From assembly GCA_964291675.2 (NCBI GenBank), contig OZ219866.1, positions 2,176,001 through 2,240,000 on the forward strand: a stretch of DNA of 64,000 nt. Direction: 5' to 3'. Below are positions 30,101 through 37,822 of this stretch, one piece after another. The position numbers and the translations under genes were made by a program. The stretch comes from Alphaproteobacteria bacterium (GTDB taxonomy: Bacteria; Pseudomonadota; Alphaproteobacteria; MPNO01). The notes under the pieces are model-generated. The model did not search any database and was not told the origin of the DNA. It saw nothing but the letters and a program-made list of their open reading frames with translations. How positions within the stretch are numbered: position 1 is the first letter of the stretch; every line of letters begins with the position of its first letter.

Positions 30101-30835
30101 ATGCGGGCTTCGCCGGCGGAATGGGAGTGGGACGCCCTCTCGGCCGCCGCGCTGGAGGCCTATCGCGCGGCGCGGCGCGAGGAAGCGGTGCATTTGTGGC
30201 GGCGCGCGGGCGCGCTCGCGCAGGATTTTCCGGTCGGCGACCCGCGCCGCGCGGCCAGCGAGAACAACGGCGCGCTGGCCTTGCTGATCGACCACGATCA
30301 CGACGGCGCCGCCCGGGCGCTGTCGTCCGCGCTCGCTTCGTGGGACGGGGCGCTCGCGTGGACGCGCGGCATGTCGGTCGCGGCCGTCGCCCGCAGCTCG
30401 CTCTTTCACCAGCGCCTGGAGCAGCGCCATGTCGAGACCTATGGCGACGTCCGGCGCGCGCGGCACCGCGAATTCCTGAGCGGCGCGGCCGCGCTGACCC
30501 GCTTCAACCTCGCCATCGCCGATCTCTTCCTGGACCGGGACGACACGGCCGACCGCCTGCTCGAAACCGCCCTCGCCGAACGCGAGCGGGCGTTCGGGCC
30601 GAACAACGGGGAGGTCGCCGAGATCGCGCGCGTGCTGTCGGGCCGGGCCGACGCCGCCGGGGACGATGCCCGGATGGAGGCCTACGACGCCAGGGTCCGG
30701 GGCGCCGTCGAGAACCGGGCCGCCGACGTGCTCGACGCCTGGCGCCGGGAACAGCCGCTGGAGATGAACGATACCCGTCGCCTCCTGGCGGCGGCCTATC
30801 TCACGGCGATCGTGCACGAGCGGGATTTTCTCTAG
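30101..30835 (+). CDS. Hypothetical helical (TPR-like) protein downstream of tmm
   Basis: 19 bp after the tmm stop; Ala-rich helical repeats, DPRRAASENN, ARSSLFHQRLEQRH. Confidence 0.7.
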   Translation: MRASPAEWEWDALSAAALEAYRAARREEAVHLWRRAGALAQDFPVGDPRRAASENNGALALLIDHDHDGAARALSSALASWDGALAWTRGMSVAAVARSSLFHQRLEQRHVETYGDVRRARHREFLSGAAALTRFNLAIADLFLDRDDTADRLLETALAERERAFGPNNGEVAEIARVLSGRADAAGDDARMEAYDARVRGAVENRAADVLDAWRREQPLEMNDTRRLLAAAYLTAIVHERDFL

Positions 30836-30867
30836 CGTCCCGGCCCCACCCGGCTCTCCCTGCATCG

Positions 30868-30901
30868 CCCGTGGGCGCCCGGAACGAGTCCGGCCATGAC
30901 G
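30868..30901. repeat. REP-like palindromic element
   Basis: CCCGTGGGCGCCCGGAACGAGTCCGGCCATGAC, near-copy of 35562-35593. Confidence 0.55.
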
Positions 30902-30988
30902 ACACAGGGGAGAGGCACAAGACCATGTGTCCCTCCCGGTCGGGAAAGCGGCTTGCCTTGCAGCGGCCCGGAGTGACAGGATTCCGGG

Positions 30989-31855
30989 ATGCCAGCAGGA
31001 AGGAGCTTTGCCGTAGTTTCGCGCCGTCGCTTTCTCGCAGCCTCGACCGCGGCCGCGCTGCTGCCCGCGGCCGCGCGCGCCGCCGGCGCGCCGCTGCCGA
31101 TCTTCGACGCCCATATCCATTTCAGCCACGACGCGGCCGAGCGCATTTCCGCCGGCCAGGCCGTCGCCATTCTGAAGCAGGCGGGGCTGAAGCGGGCGCT
31201 GGTGTCCAGCTCGGGCGACGCCGGTACCCGCGCGCTCCACGCCGCGGCGCCGGCTCTCGTCCTGCCCAGCCTGCGCCCCTACCGCCGGCGCGGCGAGATC
31301 GACCTCTGGGTCGACGATCCGTCGGCGATCGACTTCCTCGAGGACCGTCTAAAACGCTTCAAGTGGGTCGCGGTCGGCGAGTTCCACCTTTACGCCGCGC
31401 AGACCGACAAGGCGGTGCCGCGGCGCATGGTCGAGCTGGCACGGCAGCACAACCTTCTCCTGCACGCCCATTCCGACGCCGGCGCGGTCGACGCGATCTT
31501 CGTCCAATGGCCGGAAGCGCGGGTGCTGTGGGCCCATGCCGGCTTCGTCGATCCGGATATCGTCGGCCCGATGCTCGGCAAGCACGCGAATTTGTGGACC
31601 GATCTCGCCTTCCGCAGCGAACACGCCCATGGCGGCAGGGTCGACGACGACTGGCGCAGCCTGTTCGCCGCCTTCCCGGACCGCGTCATGGTCGGCACCG
31701 ACACTTTTACGCCGGAGCGCTGGCACTATGTCGTCGAGCACGCCGAGTGGACCCGGCGTTGGCTGGCCGACCTGCCGCCCGAGCTCGCGGAAAACATCGC
31801 CTGGCGCAACGGCGAGGCGATGATCCGGCCGCATCTCCGAAACCTCCGAAAATAA
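30989..31855 (+). CDS. Tat-exported amidohydrolase-superfamily metalloenzyme
   Basis: SRRRFL Tat motif; DAHIH, GEFH, HAHSD, WAHAG, VGTD metal-binding motifs. Confidence 0.82.
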   Translation: MPAGRSFAVVSRRRFLAASTAAALLPAAARAAGAPLPIFDAHIHFSHDAAERISAGQAVAILKQAGLKRALVSSSGDAGTRALHAAAPALVLPSLRPYRRRGEIDLWVDDPSAIDFLEDRLKRFKWVAVGEFHLYAAQTDKAVPRRMVELARQHNLLLHAHSDAGAVDAIFVQWPEARVLWAHAGFVDPDIVGPMLGKHANLWTDLAFRSEHAHGGRVDDDWRSLFAAFPDRVMVGTDTFTPERWHYVVEHAEWTRRWLADLPPELAENIAWRNGEAMIRPHLRNLRK

Positions 31856-31857
31856 CC

Positions 31858-32262
31858 GTGGCCAGGCGGCACCTCGGCGGACCGACTCTGGCGGTCGCGC
31901 TCGTGCTCGCGGCCGGCGGGGCGGCGGCCTGCGACCGTCCGGAGGGCTGGACCGGCGGCGCGAGGATCGCCGGCGAGGTCTGGACGGCATGGTGGCGGTC
32001 GGAGCCCGCCCCCATCCCGGTCGGGGAGCATTTTTCCATCCGTTTCCATCTCTGCGGGCCGCCGGTCGGCCGGGTCGGCGTGCGCGGCTGGATGCCGGAC
32101 CACCGGCACGGCATGAACTACCGCCCCGCGGTGACCCTGGACGGCCTGTCGGGCACGGCCGAGGGCCTGCTGTTCCACATGCCGGGGCGCTGGCAACTGA
32201 TTCTGGACATCCGCGGCGCGGCGGGACGTGACAGGCTGACCGCCGAAACGGTGCCGGAGTGA
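31858..32262 (+). CDS. Periplasmic YtkA/FixH-like Ig-fold protein
   Basis: From GTG 31858; signal peptide; WMPDHRHGMNYRP and GLLFHMPGRWQL motifs. Confidence 0.7.
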   Translation: MARRHLGGPTLAVALVLAAGGAAACDRPEGWTGGARIAGEVWTAWWRSEPAPIPVGEHFSIRFHLCGPPVGRVGVRGWMPDHRHGMNYRPAVTLDGLSGTAEGLLFHMPGRWQLILDIRGAAGRDRLTAETVPE

Positions 32263-33473
32263 CGCCTCGGCGCTCCGGCGCGTCCCTCGCCGCCCGGCTG
32301 TCGGGATTCTCGATCGTGATTTGCATGCTTTCCGGCCTCGCCTCGCCGGCGCCGGCGCTCGACTTCACCGCCGAGGAAAGGCGCCGCATCCTGCGCCACG
32401 GGCCGTGGCCGCCGGCCTTGCTGCCCGATCCGAGCAACCGGGTTTCCGGCAAGCCGGCCGCCATCGCCTTCGGCCGGGCGCTGTTCTTCGATCGGCGCCT
32501 GTCGGTCTCCGGCGCGGTCTCCTGCGCAACCTGCCACAAGCCGGAGCGGGCCTGGACCGACGGCCTGCCGCGCAGCCGCGGGCAGCGGGTTGTCGACCGC
32601 AACGCGCCCAGCCTGTTCAACCTCCGCTTCAACCGCTGGTTCGGCTGGGACGGCGCGCAGGACTCGCTGTGGGCGCAGAACCTCAGGCCCCTGCTCGATG
32701 CGCGAGAGATGGGCGTCGGCCCCGGCGGCGCGGCGCGGCTGGTGCGCTCCGACGGCCAGCTTTCCTGTCTCTACCGGCGCGCGTTCGACGCAGCGCCCGG
32801 CGCGGACGACGCACGGGTCTTCGTCGATCTTGGCAAGGCGCTGGCGGCGTTCCTGGAAACCCAGGTCACCGGCCGGACGCCGTTCGACGAATTCCGCGAC
32901 GCGCTCGCGCGCAACGACGCCGCCGGCCAGGCGCGCTATCCCGCCGCGGCCAGGCGCGGCCTGCGACTGTTCCTCGGCCGGGGCAACTGCGCCTTCTGCC
33001 ATTTCGGCCCGGCCTTCACCAACGGCGAGTTCGCCGATGCCGGCGTGCCGCATTTCGTCGAGCCGGGCCGGGTCGATCCCGGCCGGCACGGCGGCATCCG
33101 CAAATTACGCCGGAGCCCCTACACCCTGCTGGGCCGCTTCAACGACGATGCAGAACGCTCCACCGCCGCCAAGACCCGCTATGTCCGCCTGCGCCACGGC
33201 AATTTCGGCGAGTTCCGGGTGCCGGGCCTGCGCAACGCGGCGCTGACGGCGCCCTACATGCATGCCGGCAGCCACAAGACGCTCGCCGATGTCGTGCATC
33301 ACTATTCGACGCTCGACGAGGAACGGCTGCACGCCGGAGGCGAACGCATCCTGCGCCGCCTCGACCTCGGCGCGCGCGAACGGGCCGATCTCGTCGCCTT
33401 CCTCGAAACGCTGACGGAGAACGAGCCGCTTCGCGAATCCGCAGGCGAGACCGGCGACGCCGAGTGCCGGTAG
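32259..33473 (+). CDS. Di-heme cytochrome c peroxidase/MauG-superfamily protein
   Basis: Two CxxCH (CATCH, CAFCH), GRALFFD.RLS, RNAPSL.N, WDG, FRVPGLRN...TAPYMH. Confidence 0.88.
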   Translation: MTPRRSGASLAARLSGFSIVICMLSGLASPAPALDFTAEERRRILRHGPWPPALLPDPSNRVSGKPAAIAFGRALFFDRRLSVSGAVSCATCHKPERAWTDGLPRSRGQRVVDRNAPSLFNLRFNRWFGWDGAQDSLWAQNLRPLLDAREMGVGPGGAARLVRSDGQLSCLYRRAFDAAPGADDARVFVDLGKALAAFLETQVTGRTPFDEFRDALARNDAAGQARYPAAARRGLRLFLGRGNCAFCHFGPAFTNGEFADAGVPHFVEPGRVDPGRHGGIRKLRRSPYTLLGRFNDDAERSTAAKTRYVRLRHGNFGEFRVPGLRNAALTAPYMHAGSHKTLADVVHHYSTLDEERLHAGGERILRRLDLGARERADLVAFLETLTENEPLRESAGETGDAECR

Positions 33474-33594
33474 CCATGCCAGGCTGGCCGCCCGGCCCCG
33501 CCGCGCTCCGCCCAGCGGCCGGCTTGGCGGAGAAATCGCCGATGCACTAACATCCGAAACCGAGCCGTCTCCGAAGGCAGGTCAGGAGGATCGC

Positions 33595-34491
33595 TTGCTG
33601 CCGGGTCACGCACGATACGGGCCGTCGGCCATACCCGCGCGACCGGTCTACGACTGGCCGGACGGCAAGCGGCTCGCGTTCTATGTCGGCATGAACATCG
33701 AGGTCTTCGGCTTTCTCGCCGGCCTCGGCCCCGACCCCGTCCTTCTCTCCGCGCCGCAAACCCACCGGAACTACGCGTGGCGGGATTACGGCAACCGCGT
33801 CGGCATCTGGAACCTGTTCGACCTGTTCGACGAGTTCGCGCTGCCCGCCTCGTGCATCGTCAACGCGTGGCTCTACGACCACTATCCCGAGATCTTCGAT
33901 CGCATTCGCGCCCGCGGCGATGCGATCGTGGGGCACGGCCGCACCAACGCCGAGCGGCAGAGCGGGCTCTGGGAGGAGGACGAGCGGCGGCTCATTGCCG
34001 AGGCGACGGATACCATCGAGCGCCACGAGGGGGTAAGGCCCAAGGGCTGGCTCGGGCCCGGCTCGGTGGAGACCGCGGTTACCCCGGACCTGCTGAAGGA
34101 GGCGGGCTACCGCTACTGCCTGGATTGGCCGTGCGACGATCAACCGATCTGGCTGAGCACGCGGAGCGGAAGGCTGCTATCGGTGCCCTATCCGTTCGAG
34201 CTCAACGATATCGGCCAGATCGTCTTCCGCCACCACACCGCGCGCGAGTTCGCCGACATGGTCGTCGATCAATTCGAAGCCATGGTCCGTCAGTGCGTCC
34301 ACCGGCCGCTGGTGTTCTCGGTCTCTCTGCACAGCTTCATCGCCGGCCAGCCATTCCGCATGACGGCGCTGCGGCGGGCCTTCGAGCACATCCGCAAGCA
34401 CGAGCTCAGCGACCGGGTCTGGTTCACGCATTCGGATGCGATCGCGGAGTATTGCCACGGTCTCGATCCGGCCAAGCTGCCCGGAGGCTGA
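33595..34491 (+). CDS. Polysaccharide deacetylase-family (PuuE/allantoinase-like) hydrolase
   Basis: WPDGKRLA, WRDYGNRVG, GHG, PKGWLGP, DDQP, PYPFELND, SLHSFI.GQPFR. Confidence 0.85.
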   Translation: MLPGHARYGPSAIPARPVYDWPDGKRLAFYVGMNIEVFGFLAGLGPDPVLLSAPQTHRNYAWRDYGNRVGIWNLFDLFDEFALPASCIVNAWLYDHYPEIFDRIRARGDAIVGHGRTNAERQSGLWEEDERRLIAEATDTIERHEGVRPKGWLGPGSVETAVTPDLLKEAGYRYCLDWPCDDQPIWLSTRSGRLLSVPYPFELNDIGQIVFRHHTAREFADMVVDQFEAMVRQCVHRPLVFSVSLHSFIAGQPFRMTALRRAFEHIRKHELSDRVWFTHSDAIAEYCHGLDPAKLPGG

Positions 34492-34506
34492 TCCCGCGAC
34501 CGCGGG

Positions 34507-35406
34507 CTATGCGGGTTCGAGGAGGTCCTCCACGGGCGTGCCGTGCCAGCCCTCCTCGCGCCGGCTCCAGTAGCGCGACTGGAGGTGGCCGGTCAGAAGG
34601 CCGGCATGGCCGTTGCCGACCGGCCTGTCGCCGATGCGGATCACCGGCATGACGCCGCCCGCCGTGGTGCTCGCGAACACCTCGTCGGCCGCGCGCAGCT
34701 CCTCCGGCTCCACCCGGCGGCATGAGAAGGGGATGCCGTCCTCGCGGCAGAGCTCGGCCACCGCGCGCCTGGTGATGCCCTCCAGGACGTTGGCATCGGG
34801 CGTCGCGACCGCGCCGTCCTTCACCACGAAGACGTTGTAGCCCGGCCCTTCCGTGAGCGCGCCGTCAGCACCCACCAGCAGCGCATCGTCGCAGCCCCGG
34901 TCGTAGGCCTCGAAGCGGGCCTGCACGAAGTCGGCCCGGTTGTAGTTCTTGCAGCGGGCGTCGATCGCCCTCGACGAGACGCGCTCGACGCCGCTGACAT
35001 GGAGCGCGGCGCCGTTGCGGCACTTGTCCTCGCCCCAGATCCAGACATAGGGCATGGCGTAGGCCACGAACTCGGGCGCGCCGAGGCGGGGATCGCGGGC
35101 CCCGCTTTGGATGACGCCGCGGGTGAGCTGGAGCTTGACGTAGCAGTTGTCGTGCCCCGACCGGGCCACGCATTCGGCGAGGATACGGCGCATGTCGTCG
35201 GCGCCGTAGGGATTCTCCAGCCGGAACCCGGCGCAGGACCGGGCGAAGCGCTCCAGATGCTCGTCCAGCATGAAGAACCAGCCGGCCCAGGTTGAGGTCA
35301 CGTCGTAGACCGTGTCGCCCCAGACGAAGCCGGCATCGAAGATCGACATCCGGGCGTCCTCGGGCAAGACGTACTCGCCGCCGATGAACACGCATCCCTC
35401 GGTCAT
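34507..35406 (-). CDS. PLP-dependent fold-type IV aminotransferase
   Basis: DAGFVWGDTVYDV, HLERF, LTRG, catalytic KNYN, TEGPGYNVF, LEGITR, STTAGG. Confidence 0.9.
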   Translation of the reverse strand: MTEGCVFIGGEYVLPEDARMSIFDAGFVWGDTVYDVTSTWAGWFFMLDEHLERFARSCAGFRLENPYGADDMRRILAECVARSGHDNCYVKLQLTRGVIQSGARDPRLGAPEFVAYAMPYVWIWGEDKCRNGAALHVSGVERVSSRAIDARCKNYNRADFVQARFEAYDRGCDDALLVGADGALTEGPGYNVFVVKDGAVATPDANVLEGITRRAVAELCREDGIPFSCRRVEPEELRAADEVFASTTAGGVMPVIRIGDRPVGNGHAGLLTGHLQSRYWSRREEGWHGTPVEDLLEPA

Positions 35407-35488
35407 CGTTTCGTCCTCCGGCAGTCCCTGGCCGTCGTCCCGCGGGTTTCGATGATAGCCGCAGCGACGCCGGCCGCCACCGCCACCC

Positions 35489-35593
35489 CGTCAAGGCCGG
35501 CCCCCGGATCGAGTCCGGGCGTGACGAGGGGGCAGGCATGGCGGTGGGGCGGCCCGCCCCGCCCGTGGGTGCCCGGAACGAGGCCGGGGTGAC
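35489..35593. repeat. Cluster of two REP-like palindromes left of IS110
   Basis: 35489-35524 is an inverted copy (3 mismatches in 36 nt) of 37565-37600; 35562-35593 resembles 30868-30901. Confidence 0.6.
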
Positions 35594-35811
35594 AACGGAG
35601 GGGCAGGGACGGCAAGTGCGGGCGTGCGGCGATCCGTGTCCCGATCCGGCGGATGCGCCGATATCCCGCCCGGAACAAGGCTTTGCGCCCGGTCCAGCTC
35701 ATATAAACCGTCATGGTCTCGGCGGTGCTGAGCCACCCCGTGGCATGAAACTCGGGGCGTTCGGCTGAGGGTTTGCCGATCGTCGCGCGGGTCTGCCGTG
35801 GCAGGATGGGA

Positions 35812-35999
35812 ACGGTGGAGGCGGCGACGCGTGAGCGTTCCGTTTATCGGTGATGTGGTTCCCGAGATATAAACTGCTTCCGGCGGTCGGCTCCGCACCC
35901 CGTACTGTGCCCGGCCCGCGGCCGTGGACGCGCGGCAAATCGAACCGCACCCGCTCGACGGGTGCGTGTCCTTCCGACCGCTGTCCCCGCCTCCACCGT
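35812..35999 (+). ncRNA. Candidate IS110 bridge/seek RNA (structured left non-coding end)
   Basis: 13-bp closing stem ACGGTGGAGGCGG/CCGCCTCCACCGT, inner stems GCGGTCGG/CCGACCGC and GCACCCG/CGGGTGC; short matches to target and donor flanks. Confidence 0.45.
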
Positions 36000-36058
36000 G
36001 GCGATGCCACGGCGCGATCCTACGCCGCCGTGGCGAGAGCGCAACGAGGAGGACAGCG

Positions 36059-37309
36059 ATGAAGACGGAAGGCTTGCACGTCGTGCGGCCGCACGCGGCG
36101 GGTCTGGACGTGCACAAGATGGAGATCACCGCGACGGTTCGCCTGTGCGAGGGCGAGGGCGAGCCGGTGGTGGAGACGCGCTGCTTCAGCTCGCTTCCGA
36201 GCGGTCTGGCGGAGATGGTCGCCTGGCTGACCGGTCGCCGCGTCGAGGCCGCTGTCATGGAAGGGACCGGGATCTACTGGCAGGCGCCCTTCGCGGCGGT
36301 GGAGGCGGCGGGGATCGAAGCGATCCTGGTGCACGCGCGTCAGGTCAAGCAGTTGAAGGGGCGCAAGACCGATGTCGCCGACAGCGTGTGGCTGGCCTGC
36401 GTGTGCCAGTTCGGGCTCTGCACGCCTTCCCATGTTCCCCCCGAGCCGTTCCGGCAGCTGCGCTCGCTGAGCCGCCAGCGGCGCACCCTGGTCAGGCAGC
36501 GCTCGACCGTGCGCAACCGGGTGCAGAAGATCGTCGACCGCGCCGGCCTGCGCATCGGCGGCATCCTCTCCGACGTCTTCGGCGTCAACGGCCGCAAGAT
36601 CCTCGACGGGCTGGCGCAAGCCACGCCGCGCGCGGTCATCCTCGCCTCGCTCACCGGCCACGTCGCCAACAAGCTGGAGGGGCTCGGCGAGGCGCTCTCC
36701 CTGAGCCTGGGCGACAACGACCGCTTCATGCTCGGCGATCTGCTGGACGAGCATGACGCGCTCGAGGCGCGCATCGCGTCCTACGGCGAGAAGATCGACC
36801 GGCAGATGACGCCGTGGCAGGAACAGCTCCGCCTGCTGACCACCATCCCCGGCATCGACCGCATCGCCGCCTCGACCATCCTGATCGAGATCGGCCCGGA
36901 TATCGAGGCGTTCGCCTCCAAGCAGCACTTCGCCGCCTGGGCCGGGCTCTGCCCCGGCAACAACGAAAGCGGCGGAAAGCGCCGCAACGCGCGCACCCGA
37001 AGGGGCTCCAAGACGCTGCGCGCCAGCCTCGTCGAATGTGCCCACGGCGCGGCCCGAACCAAGGGGTGCCAGTTCGAGGCCCACCACCGCGCGCTCGCCG
37101 CCCGGCGCGGATACAAGCGCGCCATCGTGGCCAGCGCACACAAGATGCTGCGCATCGTTTATGTCGTGCTCAAGACCGGCAGGCCCTACTACGACCGCAC
37201 CGCCGACTACGACGCGCTGATGGTCAAGCGCAACGCCCCGCGCTGGATCCGAATGCTCCGCCGCTACGGCTACATCCAACCCCGGCGCGCCGAACCCAAG
37301 GCCACCTGA
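36059..37309 (+). CDS. IS110-family transposase (DEDD recombinase)
   Basis: RBS GAGGAGG; GLDVHK, VMEGTGIYW, GRKTDVADS (D-E-D-D), TIPGID, AWAGLCPGNNESGG. Confidence 0.95.
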   Translation: MKTEGLHVVRPHAAGLDVHKMEITATVRLCEGEGEPVVETRCFSSLPSGLAEMVAWLTGRRVEAAVMEGTGIYWQAPFAAVEAAGIEAILVHARQVKQLKGRKTDVADSVWLACVCQFGLCTPSHVPPEPFRQLRSLSRQRRTLVRQRSTVRNRVQKIVDRAGLRIGGILSDVFGVNGRKILDGLAQATPRAVILASLTGHVANKLEGLGEALSLSLGDNDRFMLGDLLDEHDALEARIASYGEKIDRQMTPWQEQLRLLTTIPGIDRIAASTILIEIGPDIEAFASKQHFAAWAGLCPGNNESGGKRRNARTRRGSKTLRASLVECAHGAARTKGCQFEAHHRALAARRGYKRAIVASAHKMLRIVYVVLKTGRPYYDRTADYDALMVKRNAPRWIRMLRRYGYIQPRRAEPKAT

Positions 37310-37466
37310 CCGGCCCGCATAACGCCGGACCGTCGCGCGGGACCGCTTCGGGCCACATCGGGGAAGTCCACCGCTCGTCTCGCCGCCCCCTTCCGGCGAT
37401 CTCAGCCAACTCCCTCCCGGCGTTGGATGGGGCCCTCGCGCGCCCCCACCGAAACTGTTTCACGGC

Positions 37467-37697
37467 AAACCGGACAGCAGTGGACTCGATCCGGGCATCC
37501 ATGGGCGCCGCCGCCCCTCTCGTCGGACCGTCGTGCGGGCGGAGAGGCCGCGTGGATGGCCGGATCACCCCCGGACTTGATCCGGGGGCCGGCCATGACG
37601 TAGGGGTGACAGCGGGAGCGGAGATGCAGATGTTCACGGGCGCGGAGCCCGCGCCGAAAATCTAAACCGGACAGCAGTGGACCTGATCCGGGCATCC
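37467..37697. repeat. Two direct copies of AAACCGGACAGCAGTGGAC(TC/CT)GATCCGGGCATCC with a REP-like palindrome between them
   Basis: Copies at 37467-37500 and 37664-37697; palindrome at 37551-37600. Confidence 0.75.
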
Positions 37698-37822
37698 GTC
37701 GCGTGGCGGGGGCGCCGTGCGGATGGGCGTGAATTTCCGAACCGGGACACTGGATGCGCGCATGCGGTTTGCGGTCGTGCCGGGGTTTCAATACGCTTTT
37801 TCCGGCACGCTGGAGACACGAG

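Larger units (their letters stand above)
35711..37472 (+). mobile_element. IS110-family insertion sequence (inferred boundaries)
   Basis: DEDD recombinase with long non-coding ends; AAACCG at both junctions (35705-35710, 37467-37472); the rejoined flanks resemble the uninterrupted repeat at 37663-37697. Confidence 0.7.

Noticed and set aside
28312-30102. 1032-aa ORF extending the binding protein
   Set aside because: The extension is antisense to tmm; the Tat signal and RBS define the start at 28311.
32259-33473. Calling the di-heme protein mauG for methylamine dehydrogenase
   Set aside because: No mauA/mauB/mauD/mauE in the window; methylamine use here follows the NMG route.
35489-37600. 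36-bp inverted repeats as terminal inverted repeats of the transposon
   Set aside because: IS110 elements lack long TIRs; these belong to the dispersed REP-like family and lie outside the AAACCG junctions.
37467-37697. Two 34-bp direct repeats as a mini CRISPR array
   Set aside because: Only two units about 160 bp apart, with no cas genes or leader.
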